The position numbers were made by a program, and so were the translations under genes. A stretch of 64,000 nucleotides of DNA from Gracilinanus agilis (taxonomy: Eukaryota): contig NC_058130.1 in the NCBI RefSeq assembly GCF_016433145.1, positions 784,204,020-784,268,019 on the forward strand. Reading direction: 5' to 3'. Below the pieces are notes generated by a model, which did not search any database, was not told the origin of the DNA, and worked only from the letters and a program-made list of their open reading frames with translations. Shown here piece after piece: positions 37,704-50,684 of this stretch. Positions within the stretch are counted from its first letter, which is position 1. Each line of letters starts with the position of its first letter.

Positions 37704-40700
37704 CTGGGGGACACAAGACGCTCTGTCAGGGCCCGGCGTGGCCTCCGCCCGTCCCCCCACACCCGGGGCCCGCACTACCACAGAAGCCAGCAAAGAGGGC
37801 ACAGACACAAGCGCTCGAGAAGCAGCACAAGCAGCCACTGGGGGGCTCCAGGCGGGCCCCAAGAGCGGAACATGCGTGCAAAGGGACCAGCGAGTGTTTT
37901 TGTGGTGGACGGTGCTGCCCGTCTGAGAGGGCCATCAGACTGGGGGGCCCCCGAGAGGGAAGATCAGAGCAGTGGGGGGCCCCCGCCTGGCTGTCCCCCA
38001 GCCCTTCCCTTCCCATCCAGGCCACAAAAACACTCTCCGCACTGGGTCATGCGCTCGCCTCCTCACAGTAGCAGAAAAGCGGGCCCAGAAGGAGGTAGCG
38101 CGCAGCCGGGGTACCACAGCTCACCAGCCTCACCTGGACAGGCTCTAAGCCCAGCCTGTCCTGCCTGGAGCCCGGATTCCCTTCCAGAGGGCTCTTTGGC
38201 CCCTACATGAAGACTGTGACAGGGAGCTCACTACCTCTCGAGGCTGCCTATTCCATGGTCACAAGCCTTTCCCTTGTTCCCTGGATTCTCAGGTTTAGAA
38301 CTAAAAGGGGCCTCCGACAACCGTCTCTTACACGCACACATCTGGGGCGGCTGCAGCCCAGAGAGGACGCGGCAGGTAGTGTCGCCCTCTGACCCGTTCG
38401 CCTGTCAGACCATCATCCCGAGGCCCTCCTGGCCCCTCATCGCTACCTGGGGGCCGCAGCTTGTTTCTCAGGCTCACCTTCCAAACGTCTGCCTGTCAGC
38501 CCCCTTCCCCCCAGCAGAGGCAGATCGGGCTGGATGATTCCTCCCCAAACCTCCTCCCTCCTTGGCTTGTCGGGACCCTCCCCTCCTGGCCTCCCCCGGG
38601 AGTGACGAGGGGCCTGAGTGGTGCACTCGGGTCCTAGCCGGGGTGCATGTCCTCCAGGAAGGCCCCCGGCTTTGGGCTGCAAATGAGCCTCGGCCTCAAG
38701 CCTCCCTGGACAGGGCCTGGAGGCCCGGCCGGCCCCGGCTTCCAGAGCTCCCGCAGGAAACGACGGGGAAGAGCTGGAGGTGGGGGCCGGAAGGCCACTC
38801 ACGGGTCTCCCAGCATCCTTTGTGCCTGGGCCAGTTCTCTTGACCTCTGCTACGGCACTAGGCAGGTCCCCATTTTACAGGTGAGGAAACCAAGGCAGAT
38901 GTGGAGGAAGGGCCTCGCCCTGGGCCACTCGGCCGGGGTCTTGCTGACTCTGGCGCGGCCCGGCTGCCCTCTCGGGGCGCGGCAGGTGACTGCGTGGGAG
39001 GCCCAGAGAGCCCTGGGCTCAGGGTCCGGTCCTGGCCGGCCTCGGGTTGGGAGGGGGGGGACAAGAAGGGACAGGAGATGCGTCTGCACCGGCCCCCACG
39101 CGAGGCCGGGCCCTGGCTCCAAGCCTGCCTCGTCTCTGAAGGAGAAGGCCCCGGCCGGCCATTCTGGTCAGAATGGAAGGAGCTGCTGTAGGGCTCTGGG
39201 CAGCGAGAGGCTGTGGCGGGGGGAGGAGGAGGAGGAGGACGAAGGGACCCCGTCCGAGCCGCTGTCGCCCTTCTCTGTCCTGATCCCCGGCCAAGCCCCC
39301 TGGAAAGGGCCTCATGGCGGCCCCTCGGCTTCCCCAGCCCGTCAGACAGAGCTCGGGGCCGTGGCTCCATCCAGGCGGGCATGTGTTAGCCCCCCGGCCA
39401 GGTGGGCCGTGCTCTGGGCTGCCCATCCGTGAAAACGTTCCTGGTGGGAAAGGAGTGCCGGATCGCAGACTCCTGGAGTGGCCTTGAGGACCCCCCATAA
39501 TGAGATTTATCAGGCCTCTTGGGGGGTGTTCTGTACAGCGGGGGGCCGGGAGGGGGCGAGGGAAGCCCGAAGGGGATGGCCTGGCCGGGAGAGATGCTGG
39601 AAGCCCCCTGGGCCCCCGCTGACGCCCGCTGCTCCCCAGGCCTCCCTGTCGTGCCCAACTCTGGCTGCCTCCGCCCCCCTGCTCAGCCTCCCCTGGCGGC
39701 CCCCGCTTCCTGCCCGCACCACACTGGGCTCGGGGCTGCCCCTCGTCACCCCGGCCTCTCCAGCCTCTGGCCCGAGAACGTGTCCCCACGATGCCCTCCT
39801 TGCCCTGGTCTGCAGACTCCTTCCTTCCAGCCTCAACACCACCTCCTCCAGGAAGCCTCCAGAACCCGGGGTTCCCCCTTGGCTTCTCTCCCCGGCCTTT
39901 AGCGCGCGCCTCTCGAGTGGACCCGGCCAATGTTTACGGGGGGGCCACATCCACGTGCTAAAGGGACACGAGGCAGGGCGGCGAAGCGGCGGGGGGAGCG
40001 CCAGGCCCGGACTCAGGAAGACACCTCGAGTTCAATCCGGCCTCAGGCGCGTCCTACGGGGCGGCCCTGGGCAAGGCGCCTCCCCTGCTGGCCTCGGTTC
40101 CCTCAGTCTGTCAGACAGGCTGGAGAAGGAAGCGGGGCTGCCCGCGGGGCCGGCCCTTCCCCGGCTTACCCTCCGCCCTTTGGATGGCTCCTTCTCCCTA
40201 GAGACTGGGTGGCTACAGTTTGGGCCTCTTCGGGGCTCCTCTGGGGGGCCTCGGGGTGAGCCCGGCTGGGAGCCCTCCCCCCCTTCAGGGAGGCCCCCAG
40301 GCAAGCGAGGGCCGCGGCATCTCTCCTGCTCTCCAAGCCAGCCTACGCTCCCCACCGTGGCTGCCGACGTCAGGCCTCCCCGCGAGGAGACCCCAACTCC
40401 TGGGCCCCTCCGCCTGGCCTCCCTCGTCCGGCCTTGTCCCCAGCCCTCCGCCCTCGTCCATCCAGCCCGTCAGCCCGGTCAGGCATTCCTGGAGGCTGGT
40501 TCTGTTCTACGGCCACACCAGACAGCAGCAACCCCAGTAAAGAAACTAATGAACGCGACCTGCGAAAGGAGAGAACAGGCAGCAAGAAAACTGGAAGGAA
40601 CCTGGGGCCCTGTGACAGAGCGGCGCCGTCTGGGTGGCAGCCGCGGCGGCCGGGCGCGGAGGCCGGAGGGACGAGAAAAGGGAGGGCGCCGCCGCCGCCG

Positions 40701-42029
40701 CCGCGCTGTTCTTGGCAGACACAAGGGCGTCCTCTGGAGTCGGAGGGAGACACAAACAGCACACGGCGTCAGAGGGAGGCAGGCGCGCCCGGGGCCCGGC
40801 TGCCCTCCTCGCTCTCCTCCCAGGCACGGAGGCTGCTGCATCTGCCTCCTGACCGGAGGGCCTCCCAGGACGAGCAGCGGCCTTCCCCGGGGCAGCTGCA
40901 CCCCGTCACTAGAAGCGCTTCTGGGGGGCTGCGTGGAAGGAGAGGGAAAAGCTCTCGCCAAGTAACTCCCTCGTGTCTGCGTGTCGGCCCCCCGACGAAG
41001 GCAGGCCCTGGGCCTGTTCCCTGCCCGATGGAAGTCCTGAGCGTGGCGGGTCCTTGTTCCCCTTTTGTGGCCGTCGGCCGAGAATCCCTGACCCACGGGG
41101 CCCTCCGCCTGCTGCTTCTCCCAGGAAGTTCTGCTGGAGGGGCTTTAGTGGCCACCAACCAGCCCCTTCCCCAGGCTGTGACCGCAACCAGGATTTTAGG
41201 TCCGGTTGTGGTTCTCCGGAGCTGGAGGCATCTTTGGGATTCTTTGGCCTAGACAGCTCGTGACGGATGGGGAAACTGAGGCCTCCCTAATCCCAGCCCA
41301 GCGTGTGCTCCTGGGAGGGCCCGGACACTCACCCTACGTCTCCCCTCAATTTTAAACGTCAGGAGAGCATTTTCAAGTTGCCCCAAAGCCAAAACAAATT
41401 AGGAGAGAACCCGCCGGGCGCAGAGGACTCCAGCAGATTTGGGAGGGGGCCACGGCGAGTGGCAGCTTCTGGGCCCGGGGGGGGGGGGGGGAAGACCCTG
41501 GTGGGCCGTGGCTGGTGGTGCTAAGCAGTGCCCGTTCCCTTGGGTGGCTGAGGGGGTACGTTTGACAACAGCGCCCAGAGGGCCCTTCTTGGGCACATGG
41601 CCCTCAGCCAGGGGCCCCGGGGCAGGGCAGGGGATCGTGACCTCAGACCACCGAGGGCTCGTCCTCGGCCCTCCTAGCCTGGGCCCCCGGGACCGGGCAG
41701 AATTCCAATAGGGCCTCTCCCATCTCCGGTGCCCGGCGTCCGGGGGGACTTGCTTAGCTCACGGAGAAGAGGCCCCGGCCTGGGGAAAGAGAGAAGGCTC
41801 CACGGCCGAGAATGACGGGGCGGGAGCGGGGCTGGGGGGGCAGGAGGAAACAGGGTCCCCCCATCAAAGACCGCCCGGGCAGCCGCTCTCCGGCCCCCGC
41901 GGGGAGGGGGCTTCCTTAAAGCCAGAAGGCGGCAGAAAGGTGGAGCCTGAGGATGCTGGCCCTCCCGTCCCCCCCAACCCCAGGCTCGAACCCCTTCCTA
42001 AACCTGAGAGAAGCAGGCCCAGTTCTGAC

Positions 42030-42184
42030 CTCTGGCGTCAGGCAAGGCGGATGGGGGCAGAGCGGACCCCACGCTCTCGAGCCCAGGAGGGTCCACGGCC
42101 AGCCGCTGCCCCGCACACATGGACTTCAGCATCTGGAAGACGGCCAGCGGGGCCACGTTCAGCTTCAGTAAATCCACCAGGATC
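42030..42184 (-). CDS. MZT2: MZT2 exon 2
   Basis: cacag|G ATC CTG reads ILVDLLKLNVAPLAVFQMLKSMCAGQRLA...LPDAR; donor G|GTCAGA; 155 nt. Not captured in the correct frame by the ORF track. Confidence 0.95.
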
Positions 42185-44365
42185 CTGTGGGGAGAAGCCA
42201 GCCGTGAGCCATTCTCACGGGGCGGCCCATTCCCCCATCTCTCCTCCCAGGCCCTCCCCCTGGCACGAAGGGCAGCCCGTCCGGGGCCAGGCTGGGGCTT
42301 CTGCCACGGCGGTGCCCCTCACGCCCGGCCCCCTTCTCTGCTCCCACGACAGGCTTTCGCCCAGGGGAGGGGGCCCTGCTGCGGGCTCCCATCCCCGGGC
42401 TGCTGCCTCCAGGGAAGCCTTCCCTGGCTCAGCTCAGTTCGTGGCTCGGCCTTTGCTCCTCGTGGGTCCCAGCAGCACCATCTCCACCCGCTGAGTTCTC
42501 CTCTGGCTTCCTCTCCCCGGCCCCTCTGAACGTGCCTCCTGCACTTGTTGGGGGGAGAACACGCTCTCCTTTGGCCCTGGCGGCCCTTCGTCTGGCACTG
42601 GGCCTGGCACACAGCGGGCATGCATGCTTGCCGCCCATGTGCGTGGCATTCGGACACGTGCCCTCTCCTGGAGGGCAGGGGCGCCCCCACGCTCAGCCGC
42701 CCATTCCAGGCCTGGTGCTCCATCCTCTGCGCTCCCTCAGGGTCCCCAGGGCTCCCCTCTCTAAACCCTTCCCTTCTGTCGGTGCCAGGGCAGAAGAGTG
42801 GTCAGGGCTGGGCAGGGGGGTTAAGTGACTCGCCCAGAGTCCCCCAGCTAGGAAGGGTCCAAGACCTTCTGTCTCTGGGCTGAGTCGAACCCCTGAGCTG
42901 CCTCGATCAAGTGTCTGACATTCGATCTCGCCTCCCGGCCCTGAGCCTGCTACTTGGCAAACGGCAGGAGCTTAAGAAATGGCCTCCGCTGTCCTTGGCA
43001 CCTCTCCTGGGGAGAGGACGGGCATTTCTGAAATTTCTGTGCGACGGATTTGTGTGTCAGTGAGGAAATGTGGAAGCAGCAAGGCCGGCCCTCTGGGCGC
43101 CGGGGCTCTCTCTGGGAGGGACGTTCCCTGCCCAGGCCGGGACTGGGGAGAGCCTGCAGGGCCCTTTCTAGGCAACAGGACGAGCCAGAAACTCAGGGCC
43201 TTCTGGCAGGGAGGATGACGTGGGAGCTGGTTGAGACGTCTCCTCGTTCTGGAGAGGTCCCTGGCCTCGGTTTCTCTGTCTGTCAGACTGCCCTTCAGGT
43301 CCCCAACTGCTCTAAAGCCTGGGGGGGACTCTCTGAGGCTCCCTGCCTGCCTGGGTGCTGTCCCAGACACCACGGGAGTCATGGAGGGGCAACAAGATGG
43401 CTCAGTGAGAAGAGCTGCCAGGCCTGCCATCAGGAGGACCTTCCTGGCTGGGTGACCCTGGACATGCCACTTTGCCCTGTTGGCCCAGCCCTTCTGTCTT
43501 AGAGTTGTAATGAAGGCAGAAAGCAAAGGTTTAAGAAAAACTGATATTAACCAGCCTTTATGGAGCATTTTACAATATTGTTCTATTTGGCCTTCATGGG
43601 AGGCAGGAGCTCTTATTGTCCCTTTACTGTTGAGGAAACTGAAGCAGATGGAAGTGAAGTGACTTGTCCAGGGTCACACAGCTAGGAAGTCTGCATTTGA
43701 ACTCGGGGCCTTCCTGTTCCTGAGCGCAGTCTGCCCTGTAGGGCTTAGTACAGGGTCTAGGGAAATGCTGGGGCCACGGGGCTGCCCCAGGTCACTCTGC
43801 CAGCCCCAAGCCAGCAGCAGGGGCCCCTTTGAGCCCAGGCCTTCCCCTAGCAGCCCAGCGGCACTCAGACAGAACCTCCAGCCTGGAGCCCTGCCCCTGC
43901 CCACACCGGGCTGCCAGGCAGGCATTCTGTGGAAATGAAGGACCTGAGGCCTTGCTGAAGCACACCGGACAGAAGGGCCCTGGTCCCAGGCCCGGAAGGT
44001 CTGGGTTCCAATCCCACTTTTGGACAGGCGCAGAGCAGCTCTGGCCATTCCCCTTCGCGAGAAAGGAGGAGCCTCCAGGAAGGGCTGACCTCAGGGGCCA
44101 CAGAGCGCGGCCTACCATCTTACCGATGGGGAAACGGAGGCCCCGGGGACCCTCTCCCCATGCACCTGCCCGTCCGGCGCCGGCCCAAGGCTTCCTCTTT
44201 TAGTGACACACAGCACCTCTGGCAGCGCGCGGTTTTTCTGCCTCCTCCGCCCTTCCCTCAGACCCGGTTTCTGCCTCCTGCCTCCCTCTGTCCCCCAGTC
44301 TCCCGCGGCACGGGGTCTCGCCCCCGTCCCCAGCCCTGCCTCCTCCTTCCCCCGCCCCGATTCAC

Positions 44366-44595
44366 TTGAAAACGTCCGGGTCTATGGCTCCTCCTGCGGC
44401 CAGGGCGAGCTCGTACAGCTCCGTCTCCTCGGCATTCAGCACCTTCTTCCGACGCAGCGCTAGCTTCTGGAGCGCAGCCTCTAGCCCCGGGGCCTGCCCG
44501 CCCGCTCCGGGGCCTCCCCCAGCCCCAGCTCCCGGACCGGCTGCGCCCCCACCCCCAGCCGCCGCAGCCGCAGCGGCAGCCGCAGCCGCAGCCAT
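44366..44595 (-). CDS. MZT2: MZT2 (MOZART2, gamma-tubulin ring complex accessory protein) exon 1
   Basis: M-A12-G-rich linker then PGLEAALQKLALRRKKVLNAEETELYELALAAGGAIDPDVF(K); phase-2 donor AA|GTGAAT; 230 nt. Confidence 0.94.
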
Positions 44596-44599
44596 GCCT

Positions 44600-44900
44600 G
44601 CCTGCTTGCTTCGGCCTGCTACAGGGAGCTCCCGGAGTCTGAGCCACGCCCCGTCCTGCCGAGGATCCGCCCCCCAAACCCGTCACGGGGGAGGTCCCGC
44701 CTCCAGTCTAAACCCCGCCTCTCAAAGAGTTAGACCGCGTCAGTCACATAGATGTCCCGCCCCCTAGAGACCGTCAGAAAGCGCTAGAATCGTAGAAGCT
44801 CAGTCCCCAGAGGCCTTAGACAGCGTCCGTCTTGGGGAGGCCCCGCCCCCTCACCCGGCCCCGCCCCTTAGCGACTGCTAGTCTTGCGTCAATCTCTCAA
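44600..44900 (-). promoter_or_regulatory. MZT2 CpG-island promoter
   Basis: Several GC boxes (ccccgcccc, gtcccgccccc, ggccccgcccc) immediately 5' of the MZT2 ATG; CpG-rich. Confidence 0.65.
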
Positions 44901-46499
44901 AGGCCCGCCTCCAGCCCCTGGGCCTGCCTCCCTGTTCTCTCTGCCTGAGCAAAGACTTTCCTTCCAGCCACTAGCACGTCTGTGCGAGCAGTCTAGTAGA
45001 GCTCCTACCCAGTCCCGCAGCCCATCCGCAGATATCCATTCAGAAGCAAGCTCTTGAGCACTTATCATGAGGCCAGGTGCTGAGAATAGGAAGACTAAGG
45101 CGCACCAGGGCTGGCGTCCCTGGGAAAAAGCCTGGCCAGCAATCTGCTCTGCAGCATCCCAGACCAGGGCCTGTTCACCTTGGCTTGGGCATTTCCCCGA
45201 CGGGGAACTCACTACCTAGAGGGTGCAGAGGAAAAGTGGCAGACTGAATAATAGCAGCCAGCATTTCTCTTGCACCTTAATGTCTGCATGGGGCTTAAAT
45301 GAATCGAGATTGAAAAAAGATGAGAGGGCAGTCTTGAAGGATGGTCTGAACTTAGTCAGTACAAAACCCCACCCCCTGGGCAAGTCACTTAATCTCTGTC
45401 TGCCTAGGTTTCTGCTTTTGCGAAGTGGAGAGACTAGTAACTCCTGCTTCTGAAGGCCTGGGCGAGAGAATATTTATAAAGCACAGACTAGCCTGACACA
45501 CAGTAGCCCCTCAAAACATTTTCATTCCTAGCTCTACTTTCTATTCATGAATCAATTTACAAACATTTATTGCTCCTGTGAGAATTTATTTTTCGTACTA
45601 TATTCATTTCTATATAAGGGGTGTGGATTAGGGAGAGTTCCTGTGTCTGGGTCCCCAGAACAATTTGCTGCTCTTTGCATTTTCTTTAGGAATGTCTTTG
45701 GTTCATGGAAAAGTGAGCCAAGAATTTTCTTGCCTAAGCAACCTGCGTTCTCTATAGTTTGGGGAGGGGTTGGGAGTTTTGAGGAACCACCTCCTAATTA
45801 GCTAGTGACCATTTAGAGCTGTTTTGGGATGTTAAAGGGAAGAGCCGGATAACGAGGTCCCAAGAAGCATCCAGAGAGGTACCTGGGCCTCTGGAGAATT
45901 TCAATCGCTAGCTACCATGTAGTCCTAGAAAATATCCCTCTCAGGTACTGTTATGATGGGTGAGGGATAAGATGAGGAAAGGGAACGTTTCTTCCCTAAG
46001 GCTTCCAAGTCTAATCCCTGAGGCGGCCGGGGCCACAGAAGAGATAACAGCCCACTTCCAGGAGCTCGGAAAGCACCTTAATGCACTCACAGGTCCAGCC
46101 CATCTGCTCCCACTACCATTCATCTGGGCCCGGCTGTCAAACACTGGATTTCCCATTTCCTTCTTGAACTGAGACAAAGGAGAGGTCCAGGTCGAGAGGT
46201 CTGAGAGATTAGGGAGGGAGAGGCTGCCGGACCTGGGGAGGGTGCTGTGTCCTACTGGAATGGGGGCGGGGGGGGGGCTCCTAGGGAGTCCCAGATCTGA
46301 CATCTGGCAGCTGTGTCATTTCTTCTGCCCCAGGCTGTTTCGCATTTGTCAAAACACTTGGCTCTTCCCGTGGCGCCAGACACTTCGTAACCTTAACACC
46401 TTTTACAGGCTCCCCCAGAGTGGGCATGAACAAGGCTGGAGCAAAGGCATGGAGACTGGAGGGGGCAGGAGGAGAATGTGGGATGAGGAGGAGCAGAGG

Positions 46500-46870
46500 A
46501 ACGGATGCGGGCTTTGCAAGCCAGGCTAAGCCCCACCCCCAGCTCCGCTCCGCCCCACCCCTTTATTGTTTCACTGACTCCTCCCAGAGCCCGTCCTATG
46601 AGGTAGGCGGGGGAGGACTCGGTGAAGGCTAATTTCTGGGTAGGGGAAGAAATCGCGGCGAGGCCCGCTTCAGAATAGCAGCTCCGCCCTAGCTCCGCGT
46701 CCCGGAGCTCGGAAACCACTACAAGTAGGCTGGAGAAGACACTGAGCCCCTTTCCCGGTTCCCGCCCGCAAGCTGTGCGCCGTTGCGCAAGCCTGAGGTG
46801 GGAGAGGGCGGAGGCAGAGCGAGAAGCCCCACGCGAGCCGGAGCCGTCGTTTGCGCATGCGCTCTTCACT
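46500..46870 (+). promoter_or_regulatory. SMPD4 CpG-island promoter
   Basis: NRF1 palindrome TGCGCATGCGC 46852-46862; GC boxes near 46551 and 46605; TATA-less. Confidence 0.65.
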
Positions 46871-47042
46871 GGCGCAGACTCAGTGTGAGACCTGCGTTCT
46901 CTTCCCGCCACCACGAGGGGCGGAGTCTGACGCGCAGGATGATGACGCCAGTGCCGACGCCAGCGCCAGCGACGGCGACCCGGGCTTCTTGGGATGGCGG
47001 CTGGGACTGGCGGCAAAGAGGCCCCGGCAGCTGGGCCTGCAG
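46870..47042 (+). other. SMPD4: SMPD4 probable first (leader) exon; start approximate
   Basis: Strong donor CAG|GTGAGC at 47043 at the end of the CpG island; next acceptor is at 50637. The TSS is inferred, not seen. Confidence 0.65.
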
Positions 47043-50000
47043 GTGAGCCAGCCTGGAGCCCGAGCCTCGGTCTGAGGGTCCTCCCAGGGTCCCCCGTTCT
47101 GACGGCCCACGACTCCTCACCCCCACTCCTGAGGTGGGGGCCCCCGCCCTCATTCTGAGCGGTCACACCCCCTTCATTCCGAGGGGGCGACTCCTGAGCC
47201 CCTACTGTGAGGCACCCGAGCCCCCTTTCTAGGCGGTCAGCCCGCCCCCATTCCCTAGGGTCTTCTCTTATTAGGGCTTCCGAACCCCTTCACCCCAGTT
47301 CTGAGACATGGAGGAAGGCTGGAGTGGACCATGACTTCCATTGTGAGGAGCCTGAAACCTCTACCCTCTGAGGCGGGCCATGACTTCTTCATTCCAGGGC
47401 TGGATGTGATCCCCGTCCCCAAGAGTCTGAAACCCTCCCCCCTTATTTCCCCAATTCGTAGGGGCAATGATCCCCCCCTCCAGTCCTGAGACAAGGACCC
47501 CGCCCTCATTCCAGGTGGAGCCATGACTTCACCTACCTGTGAGGAGCCTCCCCCCCCCCCACTCCTTATTCCTTCAATCTTTAAGGACCATGACCCCGCT
47601 GCACCCCTTTTGGGGGGCATGAGGTCAACTATTCCTGAAGGGCCTTTGCTCTTTTGCTTATGAGAGGCACAAATGTTATCTCCTGTATTCCCTGGGGACC
47701 AGAATGCCCCATGAACCCCAACAACCCCCCCCATCCCCCAGAATTCCCAAGCCATCTCGCTCAGAAGCCATCCTTGGAAATAAACTGCCTGTGTGGCCCC
47801 TTAGGGTGTCTCACTCTCCCCAGCAGTCACAGTTGGAATGAATCCTTCAAAACCCCCTTGCTTTCCCAGATCTGGGTTCTGCCTGCTGGGCCTGACCATT
47901 CTTAATGATCAGAGCCTCCTTAGACTGGTTGGTAGACTCAAAGCTGTAAGGGTCACCTGTCAGTCAATTATGTTGAAGAAAGGAAGAGTGAGCTTCTAGA
48001 AGGATGTTGGGTCCTCCCTAATCACCACAGAACAGCTTTAACAGCTCCCTGCTGAGACCCTGGGGGGGGGGGAAGGGGAGGGCTCAAAAGCCCTGAGCCC
48101 TCCCTCTGGGCATGAGTGGACTGAGCTATATATTGACTGACTGTTCATGGCAGCCTTAGGACTAGAAGGGATCTTGGGGATCTTTTCATCCAACCTGCCT
48201 TCAAATCTTGAAGCCCCAGGCCTTCTGTGGCTATGTTGAGCCATATTACTACTGCCCACGCTGTAGAAGTAGGGCAGGTACAGTTGTAGTCCCCAGACTG
48301 GCAGCTTCTAAAATCTGGAAGGAGCCCTTTGTAAACATTTCCAAAAATCTGGCATTTTCTAGTGTGGCTCCTCCCTTTCTCCCTGATGCTGTGGGTAGGT
48401 CTTCATGGGTTGCTGTGGACCTGGACAGCCTCTCTGGGAGTTAAGAGGAGTCTTTTCAAAGGCCATTTAGCCAGGCAGGTCGTGTAGGACCTGGTACTGT
48501 TGTGAGGTTGTAAGGTCACTTCCACACATGATGACCTAGTATATTGAGGGAGGACATCTGTGGAGGAGCTACCAGATCACTACTGCTTTTTCATAAATTG
48601 AGTGATTGTTAAATAAGCTTTGTGAAAGGCCCCATGCTGGGCCAGGAGGGAGATGGCAAAGGCCTTCCTATCTTAGTAGGAAGGGATGAGATGTGGACAT
48701 AAGTGAGTGTAAGGGCATGTATTAATAAGATCAGCCATTCAGAGCTCATGGAGAAGGAGACCACAGGGGATGGGTTAGATGAAAGACTGAAGTCCCCGTG
48801 GGACATGTGATATTTGAACTAGGTTTTGAATGATGGATTGAATTTGCAAAGGCAGATTTTTGATTCACAATTCTATCCCTTTTCTACCCTTTAGAGACCC
48901 ACTGATAGCCCTGCAGCCATGGGAAATGGGTCTGTCTGAAGTTCCTTAGTGGGATGGGGAGGTGGGGAGGGAGTAGGGTAGCTGAAAGGCTAAGCCTTGT
49001 ATGTGGCAGCCTAAAGTCCAGCCTTCACCCACTAGTGGTCCAGATTACCTTTATTGTTAAACTAAATTCACATCCCTCTTTGGTCCCTTGGTATCTGGCT
49101 CTTCTACTTAGTCTTAGACTTCGCCTCTCCTTCGAACCCTGTTGATTCTGGTAGCAGCAACTCAGCATTCAGGTACTTCTGTCTGTCCATCTCCTAGGCT
49201 CAGCACTGTGTTGGCCTTTGCTCAGCCACACTTAGCTATAGCTTCTGGACCCCTTCTGGTCAGGGTCTTCCCTGCTCCCTAGCTAGAAAAACTTCAGCCA
49301 GTTCCATGATGAGGGATGAACCTGGAGGAGAAATATAATAGGTGCATTCAGGCCCTGGAGAAGAGTGATATGTTAATGGCAGTGGAGGGGAGCTAGCTCT
49401 GGGTCAAAGATAATGTTGAGAATTGTGGAGCCAGACCTCATGGTCTTCTGTAAACTGGGATAGATCCTTGTCCCAGTATTCCCAGCAGCATAGACTCATG
49501 GAGGTAAAAGTGCTCTCTGAGGGCCCCCACTTGAAACAGGGATCTCCAGCAATCAGAGCTGTGAGTCTATTTGAAGATGTTCACTGATGGATACTTCTTG
49601 ACATTTTCTGGGGCAGCTTAGATTCGAAGCTTTTCTTTCTGTTGAGCCCACATCTGCAACATCTACCTTAGTGTCTCATCCTGCTCCCTGAAGCCATGCA
49701 AAATCAGTTTGATCTGCCTTCAGAGACCTGAAGACTGCCCACATGCCCTCCCTGAATGACTTTTTTTCTTGTCAGTCCATCTAGTTTTCAGTCATGTCCA
49801 ACTCCTGATCCCATTTGGGGTTTTCTTGGCAGAGATGCTGTAGTGGTTTGCCCTTTTCTTCTCTTTATAGCCCAAACAGAATTTTGCTCTGAACCTCTGC
49901 CTTTTCCAGTTTCCTTTGTCCAGTAACTGCTGCCCTTGCAGTCCCTTAGGTTGGCCTTGAAGAGAAGGAAGAACCACTTCTTTATCAGAGACTGAGAAAA

Positions 50001-50684
50001 GCAGGGAGTTGTATATTGGGGTGTGTGTGTGGGGGGGGGTTGCCATAGCATGGAGGGAAGTTTTATATGAGGAAGAAGGGGCCTGGAAGGAGAGGGAACT
50101 GGTGGCAAATGGCCTCTTTTTTTTGGATAAAAGAGGAGACAAGGCTTTCAACTGAAGAGTTATTAGTGGGCAGGTATAGGGTTGGAGCTAGGGGAGGCTC
50201 CTGTGTGTTTGCCCTCTCCCTGTGACCTTGACCTCCCACCCCTACTCTCATGATGTAGTTGTGCCTAAAGCTGGGTTTTCATGACTAATGCCATTTGGCA
50301 ATCAGTCACAATCACATTTATTAAATGTCTGTTATGTGTCAGGCATTGTGCCAGCTTCTGAGGACATAAAGAGAAAAGTAAAGGAGTGACAGCCTTCTAA
50401 CAGGATTGAGGGGAGAGATAGCTGGCTGGAGCACAGTGGAGACATCAGTTCAGATCCAGCCTCAGGCACTTTCTAGCTAAGTCAGCCCAGCTGTCTGCCT
50501 CTGTTTCCTTATCTGTAAAATAGGGATAAAAGGTCTCCTGGTTGTTGGGAGGTTCTGCCGAGTTGAGATTTGCTCTTTCATTGCTTCCTTTTACTATTAT
50601 CTTCTAATCTCTCCTGCCTCTCTTGATTTCCCACAGTACTCCCCTAAGAAGACAGAAGTTTTAGACTCTCCTCGGGAAGTTGTT

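Noticed and set aside
37271-41300. Long ORFs in MZT2 intron 2 (495, 303 and 272 aa)
   Set aside because: Pro/Arg/Gly-rich, overlapping in many frames, with no recognisable motif; expected by chance at this GC content.
46857-46859. In-frame upstream ATG that would add 78 aa to SMPD4
   Set aside because: It lies inside the NRF1 palindrome, which is probably upstream of the TSS; not called as CDS without TSS data.
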